64,000 bases of DNA from Pseudomonas phage Baskent_P6, in the sequence record PQ415074.1, one strand, 5' to 3'. Shown here piece by piece: positions 1-10,247 of this stretch (positions are counted from its first letter, which is position 1; every line of letters starts with the position of its first letter). The notes under the pieces are model-generated. The model had not been told where the DNA came from, did not search any database, and saw only the letters and a program-made list of their open reading frames with translations. A program made the translations under genes and the position numbers.

Positions 1-50
1 AATCAGGTAACCAGTAATCAGGTAACCAGTAATCAGGGTACCAATCAGGA
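1..50. repeat. Iteron-like direct repeats AATCAGGTAACCAGT x2 + AATCAGGGTACCAAT + CAGGA (15-bp period)
   Basis: Read directly at the window start; probably continues upstream of the window. Confidence 0.5.
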
Positions 51-531
51 TATTGCCGGGGAGGCTGCGCCGGCCCCGGGCGGGGAATTCGTCGGCGCCG
101 AGCAAGAGCCCGGGCCGCGCTGCCAGATACCGGCCGACATGCCAGGCCCGAAAGACCCGAACTGCAAGGCGTACCGCACATGGGCCAACTACGCCATGGC
201 CTATCGCACTCGATACACCGCTTGGCCGGTTTGGAACGCATCGGTTGCCGGCAAGCTTTCGAAGCTGATCGATCGTGTGGGCCAGGCCGACGCGCCAAAG
301 GTGGCCGCGTTCTACGTCAAGTGCATCCACGATGCTCGACTGATTGCTCAGCACCATCCCCTCGGCCTGTTGCTGGCGAACGCTGAGGGCTACCACACGA
401 TGTGGTTGACCAATCGCCCGACCACCGGAACGCAGGCACGCCAGCAGGAGAACACCGCATCGAACTTGTCCGCCGCTGAGCAGGCCCTGGCCGAGCAGAG
501 AGCGAGGAGGGCTGCCCATGCTGACGCCTGA
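1..531 (+). CDS. 3' part of a gene entering the window (frame 1 open from nt 1 to stop 529-531); inferred C-terminal part of a lambda-O-like replication initiator
   Basis: No stop in frame 1 from nt 1. Translation begins NQVTSNQVTSNQGTNQ, encoded by 15-bp direct repeats (an ori-inside-gene pattern as in lambda O), and continues through ORF 139..531. It sits upstream of nin-region genes. Confidence 0.4.
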   Translation, partial: NQVTSNQVTSNQGTNQDIAGEAAPAPGGEFVGAEQEPGPRCQIPADMPGPKDPNCKAYRTWANYAMAYRTRYTAWPVWNASVAGKLSKLIDRVGQADAPKVAAFYVKCIHDARLIAQHHPLGLLLANAEGYHTMWLTNRPTTGTQARQQENTASNLSAAEQALAEQRARRAAHADA

Positions 532-1375
532 GCAACAAGACGAACTGCTGCTTTCCCTTTTCGGCACCGCCGAGGCAATGGGTCAGCAACTCACGCCGGC
601 CGCTGCCCAACTCATGGTTCAAGACCTGGCTGCCTACGAAGAGCCAGTGCTGACCGCCGCATTGCAGGCCGTTCGCCGGGAGGGCGGACGATTCACGGTT
701 GCCGCTGTACTCCGGCATGTCGAGTCCGCCGACGGTCGGCCCGAGCCGAACGAGGCCTGGGCGATCGCCCTACAGAGCTTCGACGAGGCTGAAACGGTGC
801 TTATGACGCCGGAAATCCAGCAGGCGGCTGTGGTAGCCGCACCGCTCATGAAGGGGCGTGGTGACCGGGTGGGCGCGCGCATGGCGTTCATTGCCGCCTA
901 CGAGCGCCTGCTCACTCGTGCCAGGCAGCAGGCGCTGCCCGCCAGGTGGTCGCTGTCGTTGGGCAGCGATGCGGGCCGCCGAGCTGCTGCGATCGAGGAA
1001 GCGGAACGCCTGGGGCGTCTGCCGGCGCCGGCAGCGCAGTTGCTGCTCGAACAGCACGTACTCGAGCCAGTTACGCCGGCCGGCAGCGCAATCGCCGGGC
1101 TTCTGACTGGACCCTCCGACCGGCTACTGGCACTGACGAATGACCCACTGACCCGCAAAGCCCTTGCGAGGGAGGCTGCTGGTGGGGGGGATGTGCCAGA
1201 CGACTTTCGCCGGCGGCTTGAAGACATCAAGAAGCGCTTGGTCCGCAGGGAAAAGGCGAAGGTCCGACTGCGTGATCGCCACCTGCGCCACGAGCGCGAA
1301 GACATGGACCGTCGGCGCGCCGCGGTTCTTCAAACCATCGATCAGCTACAGAGCCAGGAGGTTCAACATGGCTGA
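518..1375 (+). CDS. Hypothetical replication-module protein (P-like position), 285 aa
   Basis: ATG preceded by GAGGAGG; overlaps the upstream gene's end by 14 nt; no motif recognised. Confidence 0.5.
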   Translation: MLTPEQQDELLLSLFGTAEAMGQQLTPAAAQLMVQDLAAYEEPVLTAALQAVRREGGRFTVAAVLRHVESADGRPEPNEAWAIALQSFDEAETVLMTPEIQQAAVVAAPLMKGRGDRVGARMAFIAAYERLLTRARQQALPARWSLSLGSDAGRRAAAIEEAERLGRLPAPAAQLLLEQHVLEPVTPAGSAIAGLLTGPSDRLLALTNDPLTRKALAREAAGGGDVPDDFRRRLEDIKKRLVRREKAKVRLRDRHLRHEREDMDRRRAAVLQTIDQLQSQEVQHG

Positions 1376-1919
1376 AGCACTATCAACCCAGGCGCCGGCC
1401 AAGAGCGCGGCGGCGAAGAGGAAGCGCGCCGGGCGGCCGATCTACCTGGAGTTCAAGCGCATGGTCGACCCGGACACCGGCGAGGTTCGCCTGGCCCTGG
1501 TCGCCGACAGCGGCATCGACAAGTTCCTGCTGAAGGAGCGCGGGTATAAGGCTGGCGCAAAAGTGCGCGCGGAGCTGAAGCAGCCGCGGGACGTTCGCAA
1601 GCACCGCCTGGTCCACCGCCTGGGCCAACTGGTCGCGCGCAATGCGGATGGGTTCCAGGGGATGGATGCGCACTCGGTGATCAAGAAGCTACAGGGAGAC
1701 GCAGGGGTCTGCTGTAGCTCGGAGTATTTCGACCTGGGCGGGCTGGGGCGCGTGTCGCGCCTGGTGCCGGAGTCGTTGGCGTTCGACGAAATGCCCGAGG
1801 AGCGGTTCCTGGAGTTCTGGAGGGGCATCTGCCAGCACCTGATCGAGCACTACTGGACGGGCATGAGCGAAGAGCAGATCGGCGACATGATCAACATGAT
1901 GCCCGAGGAGGTGGTGTGA
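1368..1919 (+). CDS. nin-region phage protein (DUF1367-like), 183 aa
   Basis: ATG at 1368 with AGGAGG 7 nt upstream (internal start of ORF 1164..1919); N-terminus MAEALSTQAPAKSAAAKRKRAGRPIYLEFKR resembles lambdoid nin-region DUF1367 proteins. Confidence 0.45.
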   Translation: MAEALSTQAPAKSAAAKRKRAGRPIYLEFKRMVDPDTGEVRLALVADSGIDKFLLKERGYKAGAKVRAELKQPRDVRKHRLVHRLGQLVARNADGFQGMDAHSVIKKLQGDAGVCCSSEYFDLGGLGRVSRLVPESLAFDEMPEERFLEFWRGICQHLIEHYWTGMSEEQIGDMINMMPEEVV

Positions 1920-2533
1920 TGCTGGTCGCCGCGAAGAAGCCTCGCAAGAAGACGTGCAAGGCGTGCCGGGAGGTATTCACTCCAGAGCGATCGCTACAGT
2001 CAGTGTGCAGTCCGAAGTGCGGATTGGCGTTGGCGGCTGCCAAGCGAGAGAGAGAGCGGAAGTCTCTGGCGAAGATGGAGCGCCGCGAGATCCGTGCGGC
2101 CAAGGAACGTTTCAAGACCCGTTCGGACCATATGCGTGAGGCTCAGGCCGCTTTCAACGAGTGGGTTCGCCTGCGAGACGCCGACAAGCCATGTATCAGT
2201 TGCGATTCCATGGCCTGTGACACAGGGCTGATCACCGGCAGTCGCTGGGATGCAGGGCATTACCGCTCCGTCGGTGCTTGTCAGGCTCTGCGCTTCGAGC
2301 CGCTGAACGTGCATCGGCAGTGCGTGCGTTGCAACAGGGACATGTCCGGCAACGCGGTGGAGTACCGCATTCGCTTGGTCCAGCGCATCGGCGCCGAGAA
2401 AGTCGAATGGCTAGAGGGGCCGCACGAGCCCCGGCGGTTTCCTATCGATGAACTGAAGGAGATCAAGGCCAAGTATCGAGCGCTGTCTCGGGAGCTGAAG
2501 CGCAAGATGGGGAGGGGAGTAGGGCATGGCTGA
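1916..2533 (+). CDS. ninG: NinG-like recombination protein
   Basis: N-terminal KKTCKACREVFTP Cys pair plus further Cys/His clusters (CISCDS...CDTG...HRQCVRCN), about 200 aa; ATGA overlap with the upstream gene. Confidence 0.65.
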   Translation: MMLVAAKKPRKKTCKACREVFTPERSLQSVCSPKCGLALAAAKRERERKSLAKMERREIRAAKERFKTRSDHMREAQAAFNEWVRLRDADKPCISCDSMACDTGLITGSRWDAGHYRSVGACQALRFEPLNVHRQCVRCNRDMSGNAVEYRIRLVQRIGAEKVEWLEGPHEPRRFPIDELKEIKAKYRALSRELKRKMGRGVGHG

Positions 2534-2611
2534 CCCTCGGTTCAAGGAGTGGCTGCAGGAGCAGTGGCGCATTCTGCGTCAACACGGGCTCATCGCTGAA
2601 GGGGAGAGCAG

Positions 2612-3106
2612 ATGAAGAAATCTTCGACCCAGGTTGTACTCGACGCAGTTCGGGAACTGCACAGCCAGCAGCAGATCGTCACTCGCCAGACCCTGGTCGA
2701 ACTCACGGGGTTGAAGCCCGGCGTTGTCGATGACCGCCTGTCCGTCCTGGTGGACGACTTGCTGGTGCTGCGCGTCGAGCGCGGAGTGTTCGTACCGGCA
2801 CCGCAGTTCGATCCGCCCAGGCCGATCACTATCACGCAGATACCAGGTGGCTGGGCGAAGGTCGAGATCAGCGATGATCACGTCATTACGCTTACGCCAG
2901 CGGAGAAGCGGATGCTCGGTGAACTTCTGGCGGGTGCGGCTCAGCAGTTCGCAGCGATCGATATCGGGCATTCGAACCAGATACTGGCCGCAGAGCTGGC
3001 GATCAAGATACGGAAGCTGGAAAGAGAAGTGGCAGCATTGCGCGCAGACAGGACCGATGGCGGGCAACTCGCCTTAGCCATGAGTGATGTCGCTGCTGTG
3101 CAATAG
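2612..3106 (+). CDS. Hypothetical protein, 164 aa
   Basis: ORF with ATG; possible coupling to a 29-aa upstream micro-ORF (2527..2616). Confidence 0.5.
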   Translation: MKKSSTQVVLDAVRELHSQQQIVTRQTLVELTGLKPGVVDDRLSVLVDDLLVLRVERGVFVPAPQFDPPRPITITQIPGGWAKVEISDDHVITLTPAEKRMLGELLAGAAQQFAAIDIGHSNQILAAELAIKIRKLEREVAALRADRTDGGQLALAMSDVAAVQ

Positions 3107-3108
3107 AC

Positions 3109-3345
3109 TCAGCATAGGGCGACGATATCACCAGCGGCCACTCGCTCAGACAGAGCCGTCAACCTGCCGATTCCTTCCTGCAGGAATCGGCTCAGTTGCT
3201 CAATGCACTCGTGCTGATCCTGAGTGAGGTGAAACTCCGACTCCATGGCTGCCATCAAGTCCAGGCAGCACTGATTGAGGAAACCTACCTCTAGCAGTTC
3301 TGCCCGTAATCGACGCCTCAGTATCTCGTCCATTCCAACGTCCAT
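3109..3345 (-). CDS. Small hypothetical protein (78 aa) on the opposite strand
   Basis: ORF fills the gap between the stop of 2612..3106 and the TerS promoter region; weak RBS. Confidence 0.3.
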   Translation of the reverse strand: MDVGMDEILRRRLRAELLEVGFLNQCCLDLMAAMESEFHLTQDQHECIEQLSRFLQEGIGRLTALSERVAAGDIVALC

Positions 3346-3485
3346 CTACTTCGCATAAGCAGGTGGGGACCGTAGCAAAAACGAGATGCCTGTCACAATT
3401 ATCAGAACGATTAGGGTTTTCGCCAACCTGCATGATCCCCCTGTAAGGTTCGACCCATCCCCTCTGGCCCGGACAATTCCGGGTC

Positions 3486-4052
3486 ATGACTCAGAAGCCC
3501 AGCACCAAACCGAAGAAGGCCCCGGTAGCGAAGAAGCGCGCTACTGGGGCTTCCGCACGTCCCCCAGCCAAGACCGCAGCGAAACGGCCACCGGGTCGCC
3601 CGAGCAGGTATACGCCCACTGTCGGCCTGGCTGTCTGTACCGCGCTTGCCGAGGGCATGAGCCTGCGGAAGGTATGCCAGTTACCGGGTATGCCGGCGAT
3701 GTCCACGTTCCTCCGGTGGCTGGCCGACGAGCAGCATGCAGATTTGCGAGAGCAGTACGCGCGTGCGCGCGAGGCACAGGCCGACACGCTCGCCGAGGAG
3801 ATCCTGCAGATCGCTGACGACGGCTCGAACGACACATACACGGACGATGAAGGCCGCACGCATGTCGACTACGACCATATCTCCAGGTCGAAGCTGCGCG
3901 TAGATGCTCGAAAGTGGTTGGCGTCGAAGATGGCGCCCAAGAAGTATGGCGACCGCATCACCAACGAGCACACTGGCGCGAATGGTGGCGCCATAGAGGT
4001 CAAGAGCACAGTCACCTTCGTGCAGCCCAAGCCACGAGGTGACGACGAGTGA
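3486..4052 (+). CDS. Terminase small subunit
   Basis: Basic N-terminus; HTH-like GRPSRYTPTVGLAVCTALAEGMSLRKVCQLPGMP; C-terminal SKLRVDARKWLASKMAPKKYGDR, typical of phage TerS; GTGA overlap with TerL. Confidence 0.65.
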   Translation: MTQKPSTKPKKAPVAKKRATGASARPPAKTAAKRPPGRPSRYTPTVGLAVCTALAEGMSLRKVCQLPGMPAMSTFLRWLADEQHADLREQYARAREAQADTLAEEILQIADDGSNDTYTDDEGRTHVDYDHISRSKLRVDARKWLASKMAPKKYGDRITNEHTGANGGAIEVKSTVTFVQPKPRGDDE

Positions 4053-5332
4053 CCACCTTCGTCGCTGCGCCTCTCAACCTGAACATCACGCTCCCCTTCA
4101 AACTGGCGCCACTGTACGAGGCGCGCCGGTACAAGGTCATGCGTGGTGGGCGCGGCGGCGGTAAGTCCCATGGCGTGGCCCAGGTGCTGCTCGACATGGG
4201 CGCGCGCAACCCCCTGCGCATCCTCTGCGCGCGGGAAATCCAGAAGTCTATGCGCGACTCGGTTCACCGGCTGCTGCGCGACTACATCGTCAAGCTCGGC
4301 CTGACCGAGTTCTACGAGGTGCTGGACACCGAGATTCGTGGACGCAACGGCACGCTGTTCCTGTTCTCCGGACTGCAAGGGCACACCGTCGATTCCATCA
4401 AGTCCTTTGAGGGCGTGGACATCGTATGGGTGGAAGAAGCCCAGGGCGTGTGCAAGAAGTCCTGGGATGTGCTGATCCCGACCATCCGCAAGGACGGATC
4501 GGAGATATGGCTGACGCTCAACCCGGGGATGGACACCGACGACACCTACGTGCGGTTCTGCGCCGCGCCGGATGACGACGTGTGGCTCTGCGAAATCAAC
4601 TGGCGCGACAACCCGTGGTTCCCTGATGTCCTCAACCAGGAGCGCCTGCGCGCCAAGCGCTCCATGTCGCAGGAGGACTACGAGCACATATGGGAAGGCA
4701 AGCCGCGCACCGTGGCCGAGGGTGCCATCTACCGCCATGAAATCCTGGACCTGATGGAAAGCGGGCGCGTTCGCCCGGTGCCATACGACCCTCTGCTACC
4801 CGTCCACACCGTATGGGATTTGGGCTGGAACGACGCCATGACCATCGGCTTTGTCCAGCGCGGGCCGATGGACGTGCGAATCATCGACTACATCGAGGAC
4901 AGCCATCGCACGCTGGATTGGTACGTGGCGCAGATCGAGAAACGCCCGTATCGCTGGGGCATCGACTACCTGCCGCACGACGGTCGTACCCGCAACTACC
5001 AGACCGGCAAGAGCACCGAGGAACAGCTACAGGCGATGGGCCGCAAGGTCCACGTCCTGGCCGCCACCAGCATAGAGGAAGGCATCAAGGCCGTGCGCAT
5101 GCTGTTCCCGCGCTGCTACTTCGACAAGGACAAGACCGGGCGTCTGGTGGAGTGCCTGAAGCGCTACCGCCGCGCCCTGCACCAGCATACCGGAGAGGCC
5201 ATGGCTCCCCTGCACGACGAATACAGCCACGGCTCCGACATGTTCCGCTACGTCGGCCAGGCCGTGGAAATCATGCCCAACGAAATGGAACGCACCTACG
5301 AGGAAGCGGAAGCGCCTGACTGGCGACTGTGA
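4049..5332 (+). CDS. Terminase large subunit (PBSX/headful type)
   Basis: Walker A GGRGGGKS; 427 aa; N-terminal ATPase and C-terminal nuclease layout; located after TerS. Confidence 0.85.
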   Translation: MTTFVAAPLNLNITLPFKLAPLYEARRYKVMRGGRGGGKSHGVAQVLLDMGARNPLRILCAREIQKSMRDSVHRLLRDYIVKLGLTEFYEVLDTEIRGRNGTLFLFSGLQGHTVDSIKSFEGVDIVWVEEAQGVCKKSWDVLIPTIRKDGSEIWLTLNPGMDTDDTYVRFCAAPDDDVWLCEINWRDNPWFPDVLNQERLRAKRSMSQEDYEHIWEGKPRTVAEGAIYRHEILDLMESGRVRPVPYDPLLPVHTVWDLGWNDAMTIGFVQRGPMDVRIIDYIEDSHRTLDWYVAQIEKRPYRWGIDYLPHDGRTRNYQTGKSTEEQLQAMGRKVHVLAATSIEEGIKAVRMLFPRCYFDKDKTGRLVECLKRYRRALHQHTGEAMAPLHDEYSHGSDMFRYVGQAVEIMPNEMERTYEEAEAPDWRL

Positions 5333-5341
5333 GGACACGAC

Positions 5342-7660
5342 ATGCAGATCACTGAGAATGACCGCCAGTACATGAATGGCCTGCCACCGGCCGGCGACAC
5401 GCCGCTGACCGTGGACGAGTACGCCGACATCAACTACGAAATCGAGGACCAGCCCGCGTGGCGCGCCGTCGCCGACAAGGAAATGGATTACGCGGACGGG
5501 AACCAGCTCGACACCGACCTGCTGCGTCGCCAGCAGGCACTGGGCATCCCGCCCGCGGTAGAAGACCTGATTGGCCCGGCCCTGCTGTCCCTGCAAGGCT
5601 ACGAGGCCGTCACTCGCACAGACTGGCGCGTGACGCCGAACGGTGACGTGGGTGGCCAGGACGTGGCCGACGCCCTGAACTACCGGCTGAACACGGCAGA
5701 GCGCCAGTCTGGTGCCGACCGCGCATGCTCCGAAGCGTTCCGGCCGCAGATCGCGTGCGGTATCGGCTGGGTAGAAGTCAGCCGCGAGTCGGACCCGTTC
5801 AAGTTCCCGTACCGCTGCCGGCCTATCCGCCGCGACGAAATTCACTGGGACATGAAGTGCGGCGACGACTGGGAGGCCTGCCGCTTCCTGCGCCGGCAGC
5901 GCTGGCTGTCACCTGATCGCATTGCCCTGGTGTTCCCGGAGCATGCCGAGCTGATCGGCATGGTAGGTAAGTACGGCAGCACCTGGTGGGGCCAGCCCGA
6001 TCTCGGAATGATGGAAGGCGGCACATCCACCGGTCTGCACAACGCATGGAACGAGGCGCGGGCCTGGACCGTGCAGGAGGACCGCTGGTACAACCCTAGC
6101 AGCAAGGAAATCTGCCTGGTGGAACTCTGGTATCGCCGCTGGGTGCAGGTCCACGTCCTGAAATCGCCCGATGGCCGAGTCGTCGAGTACGACCCGAACA
6201 ACCTGGCGCACAACATCGCGCTGGCGTCCGGCCGCATTTCACCGAAGAAGGTGACGGTATCCCGCGTGCGCCGCTCCTACTGGCTCGGGCCGCACTGCCT
6301 GCACGATGGGCCAAGCCCATACACACATCGCCACTTCCCCTACGTGCCGTTCTTCGGCTTCCGCGAGGATGCCACCGGAATTCCATACGGGTACGTGCGC
6401 GGCATGAAATACGCCCAGGACAGCCTGAATAGCGGTATGTCCAAGCTCCGCTGGGGCATGAGCGTCACTCGAGTGGAGCGTACCAAGGGCGCGGTGGACA
6501 TGACCGACGCACAACTACGCCGGCAGATCGCACGTCCGGATGCCGACATCGTGCTGAACGCTGAGCACTTCGCTAGCAACAGGGGCGCTCGCTTCGAGGT
6601 AAAGCGCGACTACACCCTGACCGACCAGCATTTCCAGATGCTTCAGGACAACCGCGCCACCATCGAGCGCGTAAGCAACATCACGGCCGGTTTCCAGGGG
6701 CGCAAAGGCACGGCCACCAGCGGCATCCAGGAACAGCAGCAGATCGAGCAGAGCAACCAGTCCATTGGCCGGATCATGGACAACTTCCGCGCCGGCCGGA
6801 CTCTGGTGGGCGAACTGCTGCTGGCAATGATCGTCGAGGACATCGGCCAGGAGCGCACTGAGGTGGTTATCGAAGGCGATGCCGTGACCGCCGATCGTGT
6901 CGTGGTGCTCAACGAGCCGCAGCGCGATCCTCAGACCGGCGCCGCCTACCTGTCCAATGATCTGCTGCGCACTCGGATCAAGGTCGCCCTCGAGGACGTT
7001 CCCAGCACCAACAGCTACCGCGGCCAGCAGCTCAATGCGATGTCCGAGGCCGTCAAGAGCATGCCGCCGCAGTACCAGGCTGCTGTCCTGCCGTTCCTGG
7101 TCAGCCTCATGGACGTGCCGTTCAAGCGCGACGTGGTGGAGGCCATCCGAGCCGTTGATCAACAGCAGACCCCGGAGCAGATCCAGCAGCAGATCGACCA
7201 GGCCGTGCAGGACGCCCTGGCCAAGGCCGGAAACGACATCAAGCTGCGCGAACTGGAGATCAAGGAGCGTAAGGCGGATAGCGAAATCAGTGGGATGAAC
7301 GCCAAGGCAGTGCAGATCGGGGTGCAGGCCGCATTCAGTGCCATGCAGGCCGGCGCCCAGATTGCGCAGATGCCGATGATCGCGCCGATCGCCGACGCCG
7401 TGATGCAGAGCGCCGGATACCAGCGCCCGAACCCTGCTGGTGACGACCCGAATTACCCCGTAGCCGACCAGACGGCGGCAATGAACATCAAGTCGCCCTA
7501 CATCCAAGGGCAGGGGCCGGCAGCGGCAGAAGCTGAGGCCGAGGAAGCTCCGGTACGCAGGAACACCAGCCCGACATATCCGCCGGTGCCGGCCGAAGCC
7601 CCGACCGGCCAGCGCGGAATAGAGACGCCGAGTACGGCTGACAACCTGCCGCAGCCCTGA
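5342..7660 (+). CDS. Portal protein, 772 aa
   Basis: Large protein immediately after TerL, RBS GAGGA; size and position fit a P22-like portal. Confidence 0.7.
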   Translation: MQITENDRQYMNGLPPAGDTPLTVDEYADINYEIEDQPAWRAVADKEMDYADGNQLDTDLLRRQQALGIPPAVEDLIGPALLSLQGYEAVTRTDWRVTPNGDVGGQDVADALNYRLNTAERQSGADRACSEAFRPQIACGIGWVEVSRESDPFKFPYRCRPIRRDEIHWDMKCGDDWEACRFLRRQRWLSPDRIALVFPEHAELIGMVGKYGSTWWGQPDLGMMEGGTSTGLHNAWNEARAWTVQEDRWYNPSSKEICLVELWYRRWVQVHVLKSPDGRVVEYDPNNLAHNIALASGRISPKKVTVSRVRRSYWLGPHCLHDGPSPYTHRHFPYVPFFGFREDATGIPYGYVRGMKYAQDSLNSGMSKLRWGMSVTRVERTKGAVDMTDAQLRRQIARPDADIVLNAEHFASNRGARFEVKRDYTLTDQHFQMLQDNRATIERVSNITAGFQGRKGTATSGIQEQQQIEQSNQSIGRIMDNFRAGRTLVGELLLAMIVEDIGQERTEVVIEGDAVTADRVVVLNEPQRDPQTGAAYLSNDLLRTRIKVALEDVPSTNSYRGQQLNAMSEAVKSMPPQYQAAVLPFLVSLMDVPFKRDVVEAIRAVDQQQTPEQIQQQIDQAVQDALAKAGNDIKLRELEIKERKADSEISGMNAKAVQIGVQAAFSAMQAGAQIAQMPMIAPIADAVMQSAGYQRPNPAGDDPNYPVADQTAAMNIKSPYIQGQGPAAAEAEAEEAPVRRNTSPTYPPVPAEAPTGQRGIETPSTADNLPQP

Positions 7661-7845
7661 CACACCTCCGCTACAACTCGCCAACCTGAAACCCTACCGG
7701 GCCACCCCCTGTAGGGTTTCGTTCTTCCTGCACCTGTCTCCGACACTGCCGCCCAAGCCAAGGCGTCTCCGAACGCCGGCGAGACGCGGAGTAATCCGCA
7801 TTGCTGATGACCCTTGCGGCCACGGCGATATGTGGCGGGATAGGC

Positions 7846-8937
7846 ATGAAAAAAGACGAGCTTTTCCAAGAGATAGACGGTGGACGGCCGACACCTGAAC
7901 AGGCTGCCAGGATGATTGAACTGGCAATGGGCGATACCAGCAATTTCATGCTGGACAGCGACGAGCCCAACGTCGCAGCCGACGCGGGTGCCGGCGATGC
8001 TGGCGAGGCCAGCGCCGATGCCGCCGATCAGGCAGACAACACCGAACAGAACACCGACGCGCAGCAGGGTGCGGGTGACGCCGGCGCTTCGGCTGGTGGC
8101 GACCAACAGGGCAAGACGCCCGACGCCAAAGAGCTAAACGCCGAGAACGCCGTGATCCTGGCCAAGGACGGCAAGCACACCATCGGCTACGAGAAGCTGG
8201 TGGAAGCGAGACAGGGAGAACAGCACTGGAAAGCCCAGGCCCAGGCCGCGCAGGCAGAGCTACAACGCCTGCGGGATGAGGCAGCAGCGCGCGCCACGGC
8301 AGGCGAGGCCCCGACGTCGCAGGACAACCAACTGGCGGCGGCTCAGGCTGCCATGGATCAGGGGGTTGACCCGGCGATCTTCGGAGACTTCAGCGAGGAA
8401 GCGCTGGCCGCAGGCATCCAGAAGCTGATCGACGCGAAAGTGGAAGCGCGCGTGAGCGCACTCGTGGACCAGAAGCTGGCACCGATCCAGAAGAAGGAAG
8501 CCGAGAGCGCCGCGAGCGCCCACCTGAATGCGATCTACGAGGCCCACCCGGACGCCGACTCCATTGCGGAGAGCAAGGAGTTCGGGGACTGGGTGGCGTC
8601 CCGTCCGTCCTATGAGCGCGCGAGCATCGCCAAGGTGCTGGAAGACGGCACCGCGGCCGATGTCATCGAACTGTTCGGTTCGTTCAAGTCCGCCACCGGA
8701 AACGCTCAGCAGTCGCAGCAGCAGCCGAACGCGCAAGACGCGAAGGCTGCGGCCCAGGCTGCCATCAACAAAGCCAAGACCGAACCGCCGGCCAGTCTCT
8801 CGGATATCCCGGGCGGCAAGCCTCCGGCTGGCAACCGATTCGAGGCCATCGCCGCAATGGATCCGGCATCCATGTCAGACGCCCTGCGCGGCATGAGCCC
8901 CGATCAGGTCGAGGCATTCCTGAACCGGAACATGTAA
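7846..8937 (+). CDS. Scaffolding protein (acidic, Ala/Gln-rich, coiled-coil)
   Basis: Lies between portal and capsid; low-complexity acidic N-terminus and helical AQAQAAQAELQRLRDEAAARA segments; start chosen at MKKDELF (alternative 7801). Confidence 0.5.
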   Translation: MKKDELFQEIDGGRPTPEQAARMIELAMGDTSNFMLDSDEPNVAADAGAGDAGEASADAADQADNTEQNTDAQQGAGDAGASAGGDQQGKTPDAKELNAENAVILAKDGKHTIGYEKLVEARQGEQHWKAQAQAAQAELQRLRDEAAARATAGEAPTSQDNQLAAAQAAMDQGVDPAIFGDFSEEALAAGIQKLIDAKVEARVSALVDQKLAPIQKKEAESAASAHLNAIYEAHPDADSIAESKEFGDWVASRPSYERASIAKVLEDGTAADVIELFGSFKSATGNAQQSQQQPNAQDAKAAAQAAINKAKTEPPASLSDIPGGKPPAGNRFEAIAAMDPASMSDALRGMSPDQVEAFLNRNM

Positions 8938-8949
8938 GGGAGCTACCCC

Positions 8950-10242
8950 ATGACCGCAAGCAAAACCACCATGCGTTACGGTGATCCGAACGCGATGATC
9001 CAACAGGCCGCCGGCTTGTTCGCGCTCTGCCAGGGCCGCAACTCGACCCTGAACCGTCTGACCGGCAAGATGCCGAGCGGCACCAGCGACGCCGAGAAGA
9101 AGACCAAGGGCCAGTCGAGCCTGGAGCTTCCCATCGTCCAGGCCCAGGACCTGGGCCGCAACAAGGGCGACGAGGTGCGTTTCCACTTCGTGCAGCCGGC
9201 GAACGCCTTCCCGATCATGGGTAGCGAGTACGCCGAGGGCAAGGGCACTGGCCTGAAGATCGGCAGCGACCAACTGCGCGTCAACCAAGCCCGCTTCCCG
9301 GTGGACCTGGGCGATGTGATGTCGCAGATTCGCAACCCCTACGACCTGCGCCGCCTCGGCCGTCCGAAGGCGAAGTGGTTCATGGACGCCTATCTGGACC
9401 AGTCCATGCTGGTTCACCTGGCCGGCGCCCGTGGTAACCACTACAACAAGGAGTGGTGCCTCCCGCTGGAGACGCACCCGAAGCTGGCTGACATGCTGGT
9501 CAACCGCGTCAAGGCGCCGACCAAGAACCGTCACTTCGTGGCCAGCGCCGATGCCATCACTGGCGTTGCGCCGAATGCGGGGGAGTACAACATCACCACC
9601 GCCGACGTGCTGGACGTGGATGTGGTCGACTCCATCGCCACCTACATGGACCAGATCGAGCTGCCGCCGCCGCCCGTGAAGTTCGAGGGCGACGAGGCCG
9701 CTGAGGATTCGCCGATCCGCGTCCTGCTGTGCTCGCCGGCCCAGTACAACAGCTTCGCCAAGCAGGAGAAGTTCCGTAGTTGGCAGGCTGCCGCACTGGC
9801 ACGCGCGTCGAACGCCAAGCAGCACCCGATCTTCCGCGTCGATGCGGGCCTGTGGTCCAACACCCTCATCATCAAGATGCCGAAGCCGATCCGCTTCTAC
9901 GCGGGCGACACCATCAAGTATTGCGCCGACTACAACTCGGAAGCCGAGTCGAGCGCCGTGGTGCCGGATAGCTTCGGCAATCAGTACGCGGTGGACCGCG
10001 CCCTGCTGCTGGGCGGTCAGGCCCTGGCGCAAGCCTGGGCGGCTTCCGAGCACTCCGGCATGCCGTTCTTCTGGTCCGAGAAGGACATGGACCACGGCGA
10101 CAAGCTGGAACTGCTGATCGGCGCGATCCTCGGCTGCTCCAAGATTCGTTTCGCCGTCGAGGCGACCAACGGCCTGGAGTACACCGACCACGGCGTGATG
10201 GCGATCGACACCGCGGTCAAGATCATCGGCCCCCGCAAGTAA
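8950..10242 (+). CDS. Major capsid protein, 430 aa
   Basis: Position after the scaffold; strong RBS AAGGGAG; followed by a hairpin terminator; size equals a P22-type coat. Confidence 0.65.
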   Translation: MTASKTTMRYGDPNAMIQQAAGLFALCQGRNSTLNRLTGKMPSGTSDAEKKTKGQSSLELPIVQAQDLGRNKGDEVRFHFVQPANAFPIMGSEYAEGKGTGLKIGSDQLRVNQARFPVDLGDVMSQIRNPYDLRRLGRPKAKWFMDAYLDQSMLVHLAGARGNHYNKEWCLPLETHPKLADMLVNRVKAPTKNRHFVASADAITGVAPNAGEYNITTADVLDVDVVDSIATYMDQIELPPPPVKFEGDEAAEDSPIRVLLCSPAQYNSFAKQEKFRSWQAAALARASNAKQHPIFRVDAGLWSNTLIIKMPKPIRFYAGDTIKYCADYNSEAESSAVVPDSFGNQYAVDRALLLGGQALAQAWAASEHSGMPFFWSEKDMDHGDKLELLIGAILGCSKIRFAVEATNGLEYTDHGVMAIDTAVKIIGPRK

Positions 10243-10247
10243 GCGAC

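Noticed and set aside
3386-3402. LexA-like half-match CTGTCACAATTATCAG upstream of TerS
   Set aside because: Right half-site is TCAG not ACAG; likely coincidental in the late-promoter region.
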